From the IMG/VR virus record IMGVR_UViG_3300046783_000031: a stretch of 16,114 nucleotides of DNA; one strand, written 5' to 3'. Below, piece by piece: positions 1-6,703 of this stretch (its first letter is position 1; every line of letters begins with the position of its first letter). A program made the position numbers and the translations under genes. The notes beneath the pieces were generated by a model, which had not been told where the DNA came from, did not search any database, and saw only the letters and a list, made by a program, of their open reading frames with translations. The DNA comes from a virus.

Positions 1-127
1 GGCGCTCGGTGCGGCCGGTGGTCGTGCTGATCCGGGTGGTGTCGCCGTGGGTGAGGTCGGTGCCGGCCACGGTGAAGTACATGTCCAGGCTCAGCGGGTC
101 GGAGTGGCGCAGCATGAACACCTCGCC
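1..127. repeat. Terminal overlap, copy 1 (identical to 15988-16114)
   Basis: Direct comparison of ggcgctcggtgcggccggtgg...atgaacacctcgcc at both ends. 127 nt equals a k-mer size commonly used as the largest k by de Bruijn assemblers, which fits a circular contig. Confidence 0.9.
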
Positions 128-661
128 GTGGGCCAGGACGGCGACCAGGTCCTGGGCGGCGTCCAGGCTGGGGCACGAGAACTCCATCGTGCCGCTGGCG
201 AAGTTCAGGCCGCGCAGCACCGGGATCGGGTCCGGCCGGCCCACGACACGGTGCATCGATGTGCCGGTCTCGCGGCGCTCGGTGTGCGTCGTGACGTAGG
301 TCTGCTCGGCGGTGAGGCCGCCGGCCAGGATCAAGCTCAGGGACGGGTGCAGCGGGCACGTCAGGTACAGCCGGGCGGCCTGGGTGATGGCCGGGGTGAC
401 CGTGACGGTGGCCACGATCGCGGTGCCCGCGTACACGGCGTACGTGATCGGGGTCGTGTCGGCGATGAACGAGTACTCGTAGTCGAAGACGTCGAAGGAG
501 ACCGCGGCGTTGGGGAACTTGCCGTTCTCGACCCGCACGGCGGCGGTGCCGTTGATGTCGGTGCGGATGACGCCGGTGATCGTGGCGGACGGGGCGGGGT
601 TGTCGATGTGCAGCCGGATCCGCTGCAGGGTCCTGGAGCCGATGGTTGCGGTGACGGCCAT
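1..661 (-). CDS. Minor tail protein, distal-tail-protein (Dit)-like; N-terminal 220 codons, continuing at 15987..15830 on the circle (272 aa in total)
   Basis: Hand translation from ATG 661-659 (MAVTATIGSRTLQRIRLHIDNPAPSATITG...) shows no stop down to base 1. The frame matches ORF 15830-16108 through the overlap. The ATG lies 1 nt after the tape-measure stop. Function is assigned from its position directly after the tape measure. The ORF is absent from the track because it runs off the window edge. Confidence 0.7.
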   Translation of the reverse strand, partial: MAVTATIGSRTLQRIRLHIDNPAPSATITGVIRTDINGTAAVRVENGKFPNAAVSFDVFDYEYSFIADTTPITYAVYAGTAIVATVTVTPAITQAARLYLTCPLHPSLSLILAGGLTAEQTYVTTHTERRETGTSMHRVVGRPDPIPVLRGLNFASGTMEFSCPSLDAAQDLVAVLAHGEVFMLRHSDPLSLDMYFTVAGTDLTHGDTTRISTTTGRTER

Positions 662-662
662 G

Positions 663-2261
663 TCAGTCCCTGCTCTCGCCGCGGCGGACGCCGGAGTGTT
701 CGCCCGGGGTGTCCACGACGGCCTTCACCCTGACCGTGCGGGACTGGGACAGCCAGTCGCTCATCTGCTGGTTGGCGAGGGCGAAGTCCGGGTCCACGGT
801 GACCGTGGTGGATCGGTCCTTGGCTGCGGCGTCGACCCGATCGCTGGTCCGCTTCGCGGTGCCCTTGTCGTCCACGGTGACCTTGGTGTCCTTGGCCGGG
901 GGGATCCCGCCCAGGGTCTTGATGTAGTGGCGGGCCTTGGTCTCGGTGATCCCGAACGCCTTCGCGACCTGCTTGACGAGGACGTTTTCCTGGGTGCGCA
1001 TCTTGCGGGTCGCGACGTCAGAGTCGGTGCCGGTGTCGACCAGGGCGTCGCCGTAGTCCTGAATGCCCTTCATCGCGTTCTGGACGGCGCGCAGGTTGTC
1101 CCGCCCGGCCGCGGTGCTCTTGGAGAGGGAGTCGCCGTTCTTGTCCTGGGCCTCGCTGACGGCGTCCAGGGCGTCGCGCATGTCGAGCTCGTTGCCGACG
1201 GCGCCGGCCTTCAGGCCGGCCGCGATCCGCTGCTGCTCGTTGTTGCCGATCAGCGCGGCGGTGTTGCCCTCGACGGCGCCGGTGTTGTCGTCGGTCGCCT
1301 CGGACGTCTCGGGCATCAGCTGGTTGAGCAGGTCCTGCTTGGCGCGGGCGTCGCTGTAGGCGTTGCCCTGCTCGGACAGCGCCGCGCGCAGGGTGTCGAT
1401 GGCGATGATCTGGTTGCGGATGTGGCCCTGCTGGGCCAGTGACGCGGTCGGGTCCTGCAGCGCTGATCCGAGGAAGCCGAGCTGCTGGGTGAGCAGGATC
1501 TGCGCCTGGGTCAGTTCGCCGGCGTCGCCGGTCAGACCGGCGAAGTACGTCTGCAGCTGGCCGACGGTCAGCCCGGTCTGGTCCAGCATCTGCTGGAAGT
1601 CCTCGACGTTGTCGACGTCGAAGGCCTCTTTCAGCTGCTCGGCATCGCTGATGATCCCGGCCAGGGTGTCCATCTTGAACTCGGGGGAGATCGTGCCGCC
1701 GCTCTCGCGCAGCTCCTCGAAGATCGACAGGACCCGCTCTCGGAAGGCCTCTGCGGCTTCCTGCGACTTGGAGAACATGTTGCGGGCGAGGCCGATCCCA
1801 ACACCGATGACGGCGGCGCCGATCATCCCGGCCGGGCCGAGCGCGGTGACCAGGCCTCCGACGGTGCCCTGCACGGCATCGACCCCGGAGGAGACCGACC
1901 CGTCGAACGAGGCGAGGGTCTCGCCGACGTTCTGCTTGGCCTCGCTGGAGAACTCGCGCAGGGTCGCGGATCCCTTGTCGCCGACGTCGTCGACCTCGGC
2001 GCGGACCTTCCGGCTGCTGGTGCGCCCGGCGGCCTCGACCTCCCGGAACGCCGTCTTGAAGCTCTTGGAAATCTTCTCGGCTGAGGCGTCGGCGGTCTTC
2101 GCGGCGTCCTTCAGGTCGCCGCCGACCTTGGCGTCTACGTCGGAGCCGGCGGTGCTGATGTCGTCGAGGGCGTCGGCGACGTCGTCGAGGGACTCCTCGA
2201 GGTCGCGGGTGCCGCGCAGGAAGCCGTCGACGTCCGCGATGAACGGGATCTTGATGGCCAC
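663..2261 (-). CDS. Tape measure protein (532 aa, GTG start)
   Basis: It is the longest tail-region ORF. The sequence is Ala/Asp/Glu/Lys-rich and helical-looking, with an internal hydrophobic segment (GGLVTALGPAGMIGAAVIGVGIGLA). It lies between the major tail gene and the distal tail genes. Confidence 0.85.
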   Translation of the reverse strand: MAIKIPFIADVDGFLRGTRDLEESLDDVADALDDISTAGSDVDAKVGGDLKDAAKTADASAEKISKSFKTAFREVEAAGRTSSRKVRAEVDDVGDKGSATLREFSSEAKQNVGETLASFDGSVSSGVDAVQGTVGGLVTALGPAGMIGAAVIGVGIGLARNMFSKSQEAAEAFRERVLSIFEELRESGGTISPEFKMDTLAGIISDAEQLKEAFDVDNVEDFQQMLDQTGLTVGQLQTYFAGLTGDAGELTQAQILLTQQLGFLGSALQDPTASLAQQGHIRNQIIAIDTLRAALSEQGNAYSDARAKQDLLNQLMPETSEATDDNTGAVEGNTAALIGNNEQQRIAAGLKAGAVGNELDMRDALDAVSEAQDKNGDSLSKSTAAGRDNLRAVQNAMKGIQDYGDALVDTGTDSDVATRKMRTQENVLVKQVAKAFGITETKARHYIKTLGGIPPAKDTKVTVDDKGTAKRTSDRVDAAAKDRSTTVTVDPDFALANQQMSDWLSQSRTVRVKAVVDTPGEHSGVRRGESRD

Positions 2262-2267
2262 CCCGGG

Positions 2268-2729
2268 TCACCGGCTCTCGTCGGCGGCGTCGCAGTAGGT
2301 CTTGACGATCAGCTGCGCCCAGAGCCTGGGCACCCGGTGCTGCATGTCGGCGAGGGTGTTGAACACCGGGCCGCGCCGGCGGCGGGCCGGCAGTTGGTGG
2401 GTGGTGTGCCGCTTGCCCTTCATCCGGTTCTGGTCGGCGCCCAGCTCGACCGCGGCCCAGGTGGTGTCGGGGACCAGGCCGCCGCGCAGCGCCCGCGTGC
2501 TGGAAGCGGCGATGAACTCGGGCGGGTTGCCGGCCTTGATGCGGGCGCCGGGGACCAGGACGCGGCGCTCGAGCGGGGTCCGGACCCGCCCGGCGATCCC
2601 GGAGCGCCAGGGCTGGTTGAACGTGGTGCGGGTCGCGGCGTTGATGTCCTTGCGCAGGCCTCGGTCGGCCGCCTTGAACGCGAGCACGGCGGCCTGCAGC
2701 GCCCGGTCGTCGCCGACCTTCACGACCAT
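2268..2729 (-). CDS. Hypothetical basic structural protein in the tail-assembly-chaperone slot; weak HK97 gp10-like resemblance
   Basis: High-GC3 ORF between the major tail gene and the tape measure. It starts 6 nt after the major-tail stop and ends 6 nt before the tape-measure start. It is Arg/Lys-rich (..HQLPARRRRGP..), unlike typical acidic chaperones. Confidence 0.45.
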   Translation of the reverse strand: MVVKVGDDRALQAAVLAFKAADRGLRKDINAATRTTFNQPWRSGIAGRVRTPLERRVLVPGARIKAGNPPEFIAASSTRALRGGLVPDTTWAAVELGADQNRMKGKRHTTHQLPARRRRGPVFNTLADMQHRVPRLWAQLIVKTYCDAADESR

Positions 2730-2735
2730 GACGTG

Positions 2736-3194
2736 TCAGGCCTTGGCAGCCTTGGCGCCCTTGGCGTCGGCGGCCGCCAGCACGGGGTACGTGGGGACCG
2801 GGCGGCCCTGCACGCCGAGCGTCACCGACCCGACGCTGAAGGCGTCCACGGTCCCGCCGATCGACCCCGAGGACATGATCAGGTCCGCGGCCCATTCCGC
2901 CTGGGGGCTGTTCACGTCGGGCTTGAACGTCGCCGACTTGACCTGACCTTCGTTGGCGAACAGGTAGCTGGACAGGGTGTTGATGGTCGACCAGTCCTGG
3001 GCGTAGGCCAGAGTGCAGGCCCAGGTCGGCGCGGACTGGTCGGTGAACACGGCGTTCGGGGACAGGCCCCTCCAGGTCTGCAGCTGCGTAGTCGGCACGA
3101 ACTCGACCTGCGAGACGTGCATCTCGAAGTTGTCGGTGCCGATGAGTAGCGTCACGTCCTTGAGCACGAACGGCTTCACGGGTACGACGGTCAT
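2736..3194 (-). CDS. Major tail protein (152 aa)
   Basis: The internal ATG at 3194 overlaps the upstream stop as ATGA. It is preceded by AAGGAG with a 7-nt spacer, the strongest RBS in the operon. It sits between the head-tail genes and the tape measure. The upstream 124 codons of track ORF 2736-3566 are a shadow overlapping 3191-3556. Confidence 0.7.
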   Translation of the reverse strand: MTVVPVKPFVLKDVTLLIGTDNFEMHVSQVEFVPTTQLQTWRGLSPNAVFTDQSAPTWACTLAYAQDWSTINTLSSYLFANEGQVKSATFKPDVNSPQAEWAADLIMSSGSIGGTVDAFSVGSVTLGVQGRPVPTYPVLAAADAKGAKAAKA

Positions 3195-3556
3195 GGCTGA
3201 GCTCCTTCTGGCTTCTGCATGGTGATGACCACGGCGATGCGGTGGGCGTTGAACTTCTCGTCGAGCACGACCCGCTCCGACGTCGTCCAGCGCAGGGGCT
3301 GCGCGGCGTCGACCGCGTCGAGGACGTCGTCGACGGCGTCCTCCAGGGCGAGGTCGGCCGCGCCGGGGTCCTGCAGCGGCGACAGCACGAACACGTCGAG
3401 GGTCCAGTCCCGGCACTGCGGCGGCAGCGCCGCGTTGTGCTCGACCCGGGCGACGGTCACGGCGAGGGTGACGTCGGTGACGTTGTCCGGTAGCCGGCCC
3501 AGGACCGGCCAGCCCAGCGGCGTCAGGACGGCGCCGACCTCGGTGAGCGCGGACAC
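3191..3556 (-). CDS. Head-tail joining / tail-terminator-like protein (121 aa, GTG start)
   Basis: Assigned by position between the connector and the major tail protein, and by size and composition typical of gpU/DUF3168-like proteins. This is synteny only. Confidence 0.5.
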   Translation of the reverse strand: MSALTEVGAVLTPLGWPVLGRLPDNVTDVTLAVTVARVEHNAALPPQCRDWTLDVFVLSPLQDPGAADLALEDAVDDVLDAVDAAQPLRWTTSERVVLDEKFNAHRIAVVITMQKPEGAQP

Positions 3557-3562
3557 CCGGGC

Positions 3563-3892
3563 TCACCCGACCCGGGGTACGGCCGGGCGGGGCCGCAGCA
3601 GTTGCTTCACCTGGGTCGACAACGGCCGTACGCGGATCGCGTAGTCGCCGTTGAAGCCGATGACCTCGCCGTCCCCCGACCTGGTCGCGGCGTAGTTGTC
3701 GCGGGCCTGGGCCAGCTGGCCCTGCCGGTACCGCTCAGGTACGACCGCTGCGTCTGGCAATGCGGGCGCGTACACGACCACCTGCTCGTAGGCGGACTGC
3801 AGAAACGCCGCGACGTCCTCGGGCGACAGCGTCACGGAGTCCGGCCACAGTCCCTCGATGCCTTCGGTGTCGACCCATCCGACCAGCGTCAC
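3563..3892 (-). CDS. Head-tail connector (gp6-like adaptor) protein (109 aa, GTG start)
   Basis: It lies immediately after the capsid gene, with a GGAGG RBS upstream. The sequence pattern (..FLQSAYEQVVVYAP..VPERYRQGQLAQARDNY..VKQLLRPR) is typical of phage head-tail connector proteins. Confidence 0.65.
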   Translation of the reverse strand: MTLVGWVDTEGIEGLWPDSVTLSPEDVAAFLQSAYEQVVVYAPALPDAAVVPERYRQGQLAQARDNYAATRSGDGEVIGFNGDYAIRVRPLSTQVKQLLRPRPAVPRVG

Positions 3893-3923
3893 CGCTCCAC
3901 CTCCGCCCTGTCATGTCGGCCTG

Positions 3924-3954
3924 CCGTGTCACCTGACGTGTCAGTGACACGTCA
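3924..3954. repeat. Dyad repeat family, copy A (spans the capsid stop codon and the capsid-connector intergenic region)
   Basis: CCGTGTCACCTGACGTGTCAGTGACACGTCA contains the 19-bp palindrome GACGTGTCA-G-TGACACGTC and the inverted 7-mers GTGTCAC/GTGACAC. Confidence 0.9.
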
Positions 3955-5580
3955 CCCCTTCTTGCGGCCCTCGTCGGCGTCGGCCTGGTCGTCCTGGGCG
4001 AAGGGGATGACCGGCGCGGTGGTGACCAGGGCCAGGCCGCGGGCGTCGTGGACGATCGTGCCGTCGTAGCCGAAGACGGCCTCGTCGACGGAGCCCACGG
4101 CGATGGCCTGGGCGTTGACACGGAGCGGGGAGCCGGGCAGTTCGTAGTGGGTGGACGCGGCCTTGATCCCGGCCATGAGCTGGCCGGCCGGGATGTTGGG
4201 GTGGGGCACGATCCGGAACCCGGCGAAGGCGCCTTCGGTCAGGCCCAGCGACTGGGTCAGGAAGGACAGGGCGTCGTCCTGGGTGGTGAAGGCCATGTCC
4301 CGCCACAGGTCCTTCGCGACCACGGCGAAGGACGGCGTGCCGTAGTCGACCAGCGCGAGGGCGGCGTCGACCAGCGCCGCCCACCCGGGGGCCTGCCCGG
4401 AGGGGACGCCGCCGGGGGTGACCGGGGCGGCCTCGGCGAGCAGCACGGCAAGGCAGTCCTCATCCGTCTCCTGGGCGTAGGACAGGTTCAGCATCCGCAG
4501 GTACGACGCGAGAACGCCGGCGTCGGGGAAGTCGAAGATGGCCCGGTCGAGCCGGTTGCCGCCGGCCCAGCGCTGCGCGGCCTCGTTCACGGGCGCCAGT
4601 GAAACCGGCGTGGAGTTGATCTCGGCGATCGCGCCGGGGTACTTGGCCACGGTGGGCTTCTCGACCCACCGGAAGCCCTCCAGCCGCAGCGACGTGAGTG
4701 GGGCGCTGGTGATCAGGGGAATGATCCGGCGGGTGTACTCGGCGGGGGACCACACCTCGCCCAGCCACTGGGGCTGGCTGGCGGCATCGACGTCGGCCGA
4801 GGTGACCGAGGTGGTCGCGTCACCGAACGCGGCGAACAACGTGTTCGCGGACTCCAGGCGGGCGAGGTCGGAGTGGTCGCCAGCCTTCAGCCGCACGATC
4901 GCGTGCATCGCCTGCATGAAGGTCAGCGGCTTGTCCGGCTGGCGCTTGCGGCTGGCTGCCAGCCGGGGAGCCGTCGCGACCGGCGCGGCGGTCTGGCCCT
5001 GGTCGTCGGGCTCCATGTCTTCCTCCGGTGTGTCAGTGGTGTCGGGGTCGTCTTCGTCGTCGTCGCTGGTCAGTGGGGGTGACACGGCGGGCGTGTCACC
5101 TGACGTGTCAGGCTGGTTGTCGGGTGATGTCGTGCCGTCGTCGGGTGCGTCCGGAAGCTCGGACGCGACCAGCCGCGCGGATGCGAACGCGGGGTCGACG
5201 ACGGCGCCGCCGCCGGAGACGCGGCCTCCGACCAGGCGCCCGGCCCGCACCACGGGGCCGTCGACCTCGACGGAGACGCCGGTGCGAACGCCTTCGGCGG
5301 CCTCCACCAACAGGTCGTCACCGGCGGTCGTAGCCAGAATGCGAACGGCGACATCCAGGCCGGCGGGTGACTCGGCGAGCTCGACCCCGATGCCCAGCGG
5401 CCGGTGCTTCTCGTGCTGGAGGTTCAGCACGAAGTCCTCGGCGGCGCACAGCTGCAGGCAGCCGGGGCCGGCGGTGACCTTCCCGACGTTGGTGTAGCCG
5501 GGCTCCCCGAACGGCAGCAGCCGGTACCGCAGGATCCTCGAGGCCTGGTCGGCGGCGAGCAGGGTGCCGTGGAGTCTCAT
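3952..5580 (-). CDS. Fused prohead protease - major capsid protein (542 aa)
   Basis: Start is ATG 5580 with a GAGGA RBS, 2 nt after the portal stop. The N-terminal ~150 aa has HK97-type prohead protease motifs (LNLQHEKHRPLG, GVRTGVSVEV). An acidic, Pro/Thr/Asp-rich linker follows (..SDDDEDDPDTTDTPEEDMEPDD..). The C-terminal ~330 aa resembles an HK97-fold capsid protein. No stop separates the domains. Confidence 0.8.
   Translation of the reverse strand: MRLHGTLLAADQASRILRYRLLPFGEPGYTNVGKVTAGPGCLQLCAAEDFVLNLQHEKHRPLGIGVELAESPAGLDVAVRILATTAGDDLLVEAAEGVRTGVSVEVDGPVVRAGRLVGGRVSGGGAVVDPAFASARLVASELPDAPDDGTTSPDNQPDTSGDTPAVSPPLTSDDDEDDPDTTDTPEEDMEPDDQGQTAAPVATAPRLAASRKRQPDKPLTFMQAMHAIVRLKAGDHSDLARLESANTLFAAFGDATTSVTSADVDAASQPQWLGEVWSPAEYTRRIIPLITSAPLTSLRLEGFRWVEKPTVAKYPGAIAEINSTPVSLAPVNEAAQRWAGGNRLDRAIFDFPDAGVLASYLRMLNLSYAQETDEDCLAVLLAEAAPVTPGGVPSGQAPGWAALVDAALALVDYGTPSFAVVAKDLWRDMAFTTQDDALSFLTQSLGLTEGAFAGFRIVPHPNIPAGQLMAGIKAASTHYELPGSPLRVNAQAIAVGSVDEAVFGYDGTIVHDARGLALVTTAPVIPFAQDDQADADEGRKKG
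5078..5111. repeat. Dyad repeat family, copy B (rearranged), inside the protease-capsid linker
   Basis: GGTGACAC ggcgggc GTGTCACC TGACGTGTCAG. Positions 5092-5111 are identical to 3925-3944. Confidence 0.85.
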
Positions 5581-5582
5581 GG

Positions 5583-6635
5583 TCAGTCCTCGGTCTGAGA
5601 GCCGGTGGCCGCGGCGAAGCGGCTGGTGTCGAACGCGATGCGGGTGGTCGTCGGGGTGATGTCGTCCTCGGACAGCCGGGCCGTGACCGCGGTGTGCCAC
5701 GGGATCAGCGCCTCGGACAGGGCGGTGGTCTCGGTGGCCTGGGTCTTGTACGTGAGCGTGGACGTCGCAAGCGAGGCGTTCGTGGTCGAGACCGGTAGGC
5801 CCATGTGTGAGGCGATGTCGACGGCCAGCTGGTTGCGGGCGGCGATCATCAGGTCGGACATCGACTGGCCGTGGATGATCGCCGTGACGTTGGACGGGGT
5901 GAACGCCACGGCGCCGTGCTTCGCGCGCCGCGCTATCGACCAGTTGTCGAGCAGTTCGTCGATCTCGGACTGCTCGAGGGTGTCGTCGGTGGTCTGGTGC
6001 AGCTCGACCAGCGGGGCGGGGGAGGCGACCCGCCCGGCCCACGTGGACTCCAGGTCGATCCCGGCGATGATCGTGCGGCGGCCGCGGGTCAGGACCCCGC
6101 CGGGGATCGGGCCGCTGAACAGGCAGACCTGATTGGCGGGCTCGACGGTGTCGGCGTTGACGAGGATCTGTCCGTCCGGGTCGATCTCCCACTCGTCGCG
6201 CTCGACGTAGCGGGCATCCAGGATCGCGTCGCGGGCGCCGCGGTAGATCCACCACAGCGCCCCGCCGTCGAAGATCAGGTCATCGAGAGTGGCTTGCATC
6301 CGCAGCCACGGCGATCCGAACGCGGATCGGTTCAGCCAGGCCGGCTGCGGCTCGATGCGGTCCTCGCCGCGGAAGGCCTCCAGGGCGAGGGTCGCGATCG
6401 CCTGGATCGCGTCGCGGCCCTTGGCCACCGGCGGCAGGGACAGGGCCTCGTCGCGGCCGCAGAGCGGGATGCCGCCGGGGAACAGCGCCGAGACCGAGAG
6501 GGTCTGCGTCGGCATGAACGGGCCGATGGGTGAGGCGACCTGGGGGTAGCGGGTCGGGTCGTGCGGGGTGACGTTCGAGGCCTCCAGCACGGCGGCCGCC
6601 GCCATGGCGTCACGAGCTCGGGTGAAGATCCCCAC
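5583..6635 (-). CDS. Portal protein (350 aa, GTG start; N-terminus uncertain)
   Basis: Position between the large terminase and the protease-capsid gene, plus size. An in-frame TAG upstream makes GTG 6635 the first possible start. No clear RBS is visible. Confidence 0.7.
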   Translation of the reverse strand: MGIFTRARDAMAAAAVLEASNVTPHDPTRYPQVASPIGPFMPTQTLSVSALFPGGIPLCGRDEALSLPPVAKGRDAIQAIATLALEAFRGEDRIEPQPAWLNRSAFGSPWLRMQATLDDLIFDGGALWWIYRGARDAILDARYVERDEWEIDPDGQILVNADTVEPANQVCLFSGPIPGGVLTRGRRTIIAGIDLESTWAGRVASPAPLVELHQTTDDTLEQSEIDELLDNWSIARRAKHGAVAFTPSNVTAIIHGQSMSDLMIAARNQLAVDIASHMGLPVSTTNASLATSTLTYKTQATETTALSEALIPWHTAVTARLSEDDITPTTTRIAFDTSRFAAATGSQTED

Positions 6636-6703
6636 CCGCGCAGATTGCGCACACCCGAACGATCTTGGCTATAGCCGTGCTGAGCAGCGACGTTCCTCCC
6701 GGC

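Noticed and set aside
1-127. The 127-bp identical ends considered as biological direct terminal repeats or LTR-like element boundaries.
   Set aside because: The length equals a common assembler k-mer, and the repeat falls in the middle of a tail gene that is continuous across the junction. An assembly signature of circularity is more likely. True terminal redundancy cannot be excluded without reads.
2268-2729. A programmed -1 frameshift extending this ORF into the long open -1 frame, as in gpG/gpGT.
   Set aside because: No slippery heptamer was seen. The -1 frame stays open for more than 1 kb purely from GC bias and would give an implausible product.
1018-2895. A 625-aa minus-strand ORF, together with other long overlapping ORFs in the track (for example 47-733, 510-1442, 1363-2298, 2302-2946, 2337-3149, 4048-4602, 4538-5497, 5871-6533, 7071-7640, 8331-9410, 10882-11706, 13757-14431, 13963-14898).
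   Set aside because: Their products are Arg/Pro/Gly/Ala-rich and low in complexity. They lie out of frame or antisense to ORFs with recognisable phage motifs and tight operon coupling. Such shadow ORFs are typical at about 70% GC.
5581-6255. The upstream 225 codons of track ORF 3952-6255, which would make a 767-aa capsid protein. Similar 5' extensions occur in 2736-3566, 14086-14985, 12428-12895 and 10822-11868.
   Set aside because: The extensions overlap well-supported upstream genes and have Arg/Pro-rich composition. Each has an internal start with an RBS and/or an ATGA/GTGA junction that fits the operon.
6636-6703. A GGGAGGA Shine-Dalgarno-like sequence just after the terL stop, suggesting a small hidden gene or an earlier portal start.
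   Set aside because: No ATG, GTG or TTG follows at a suitable distance. An in-frame TAG precedes the portal GTG at 6635.
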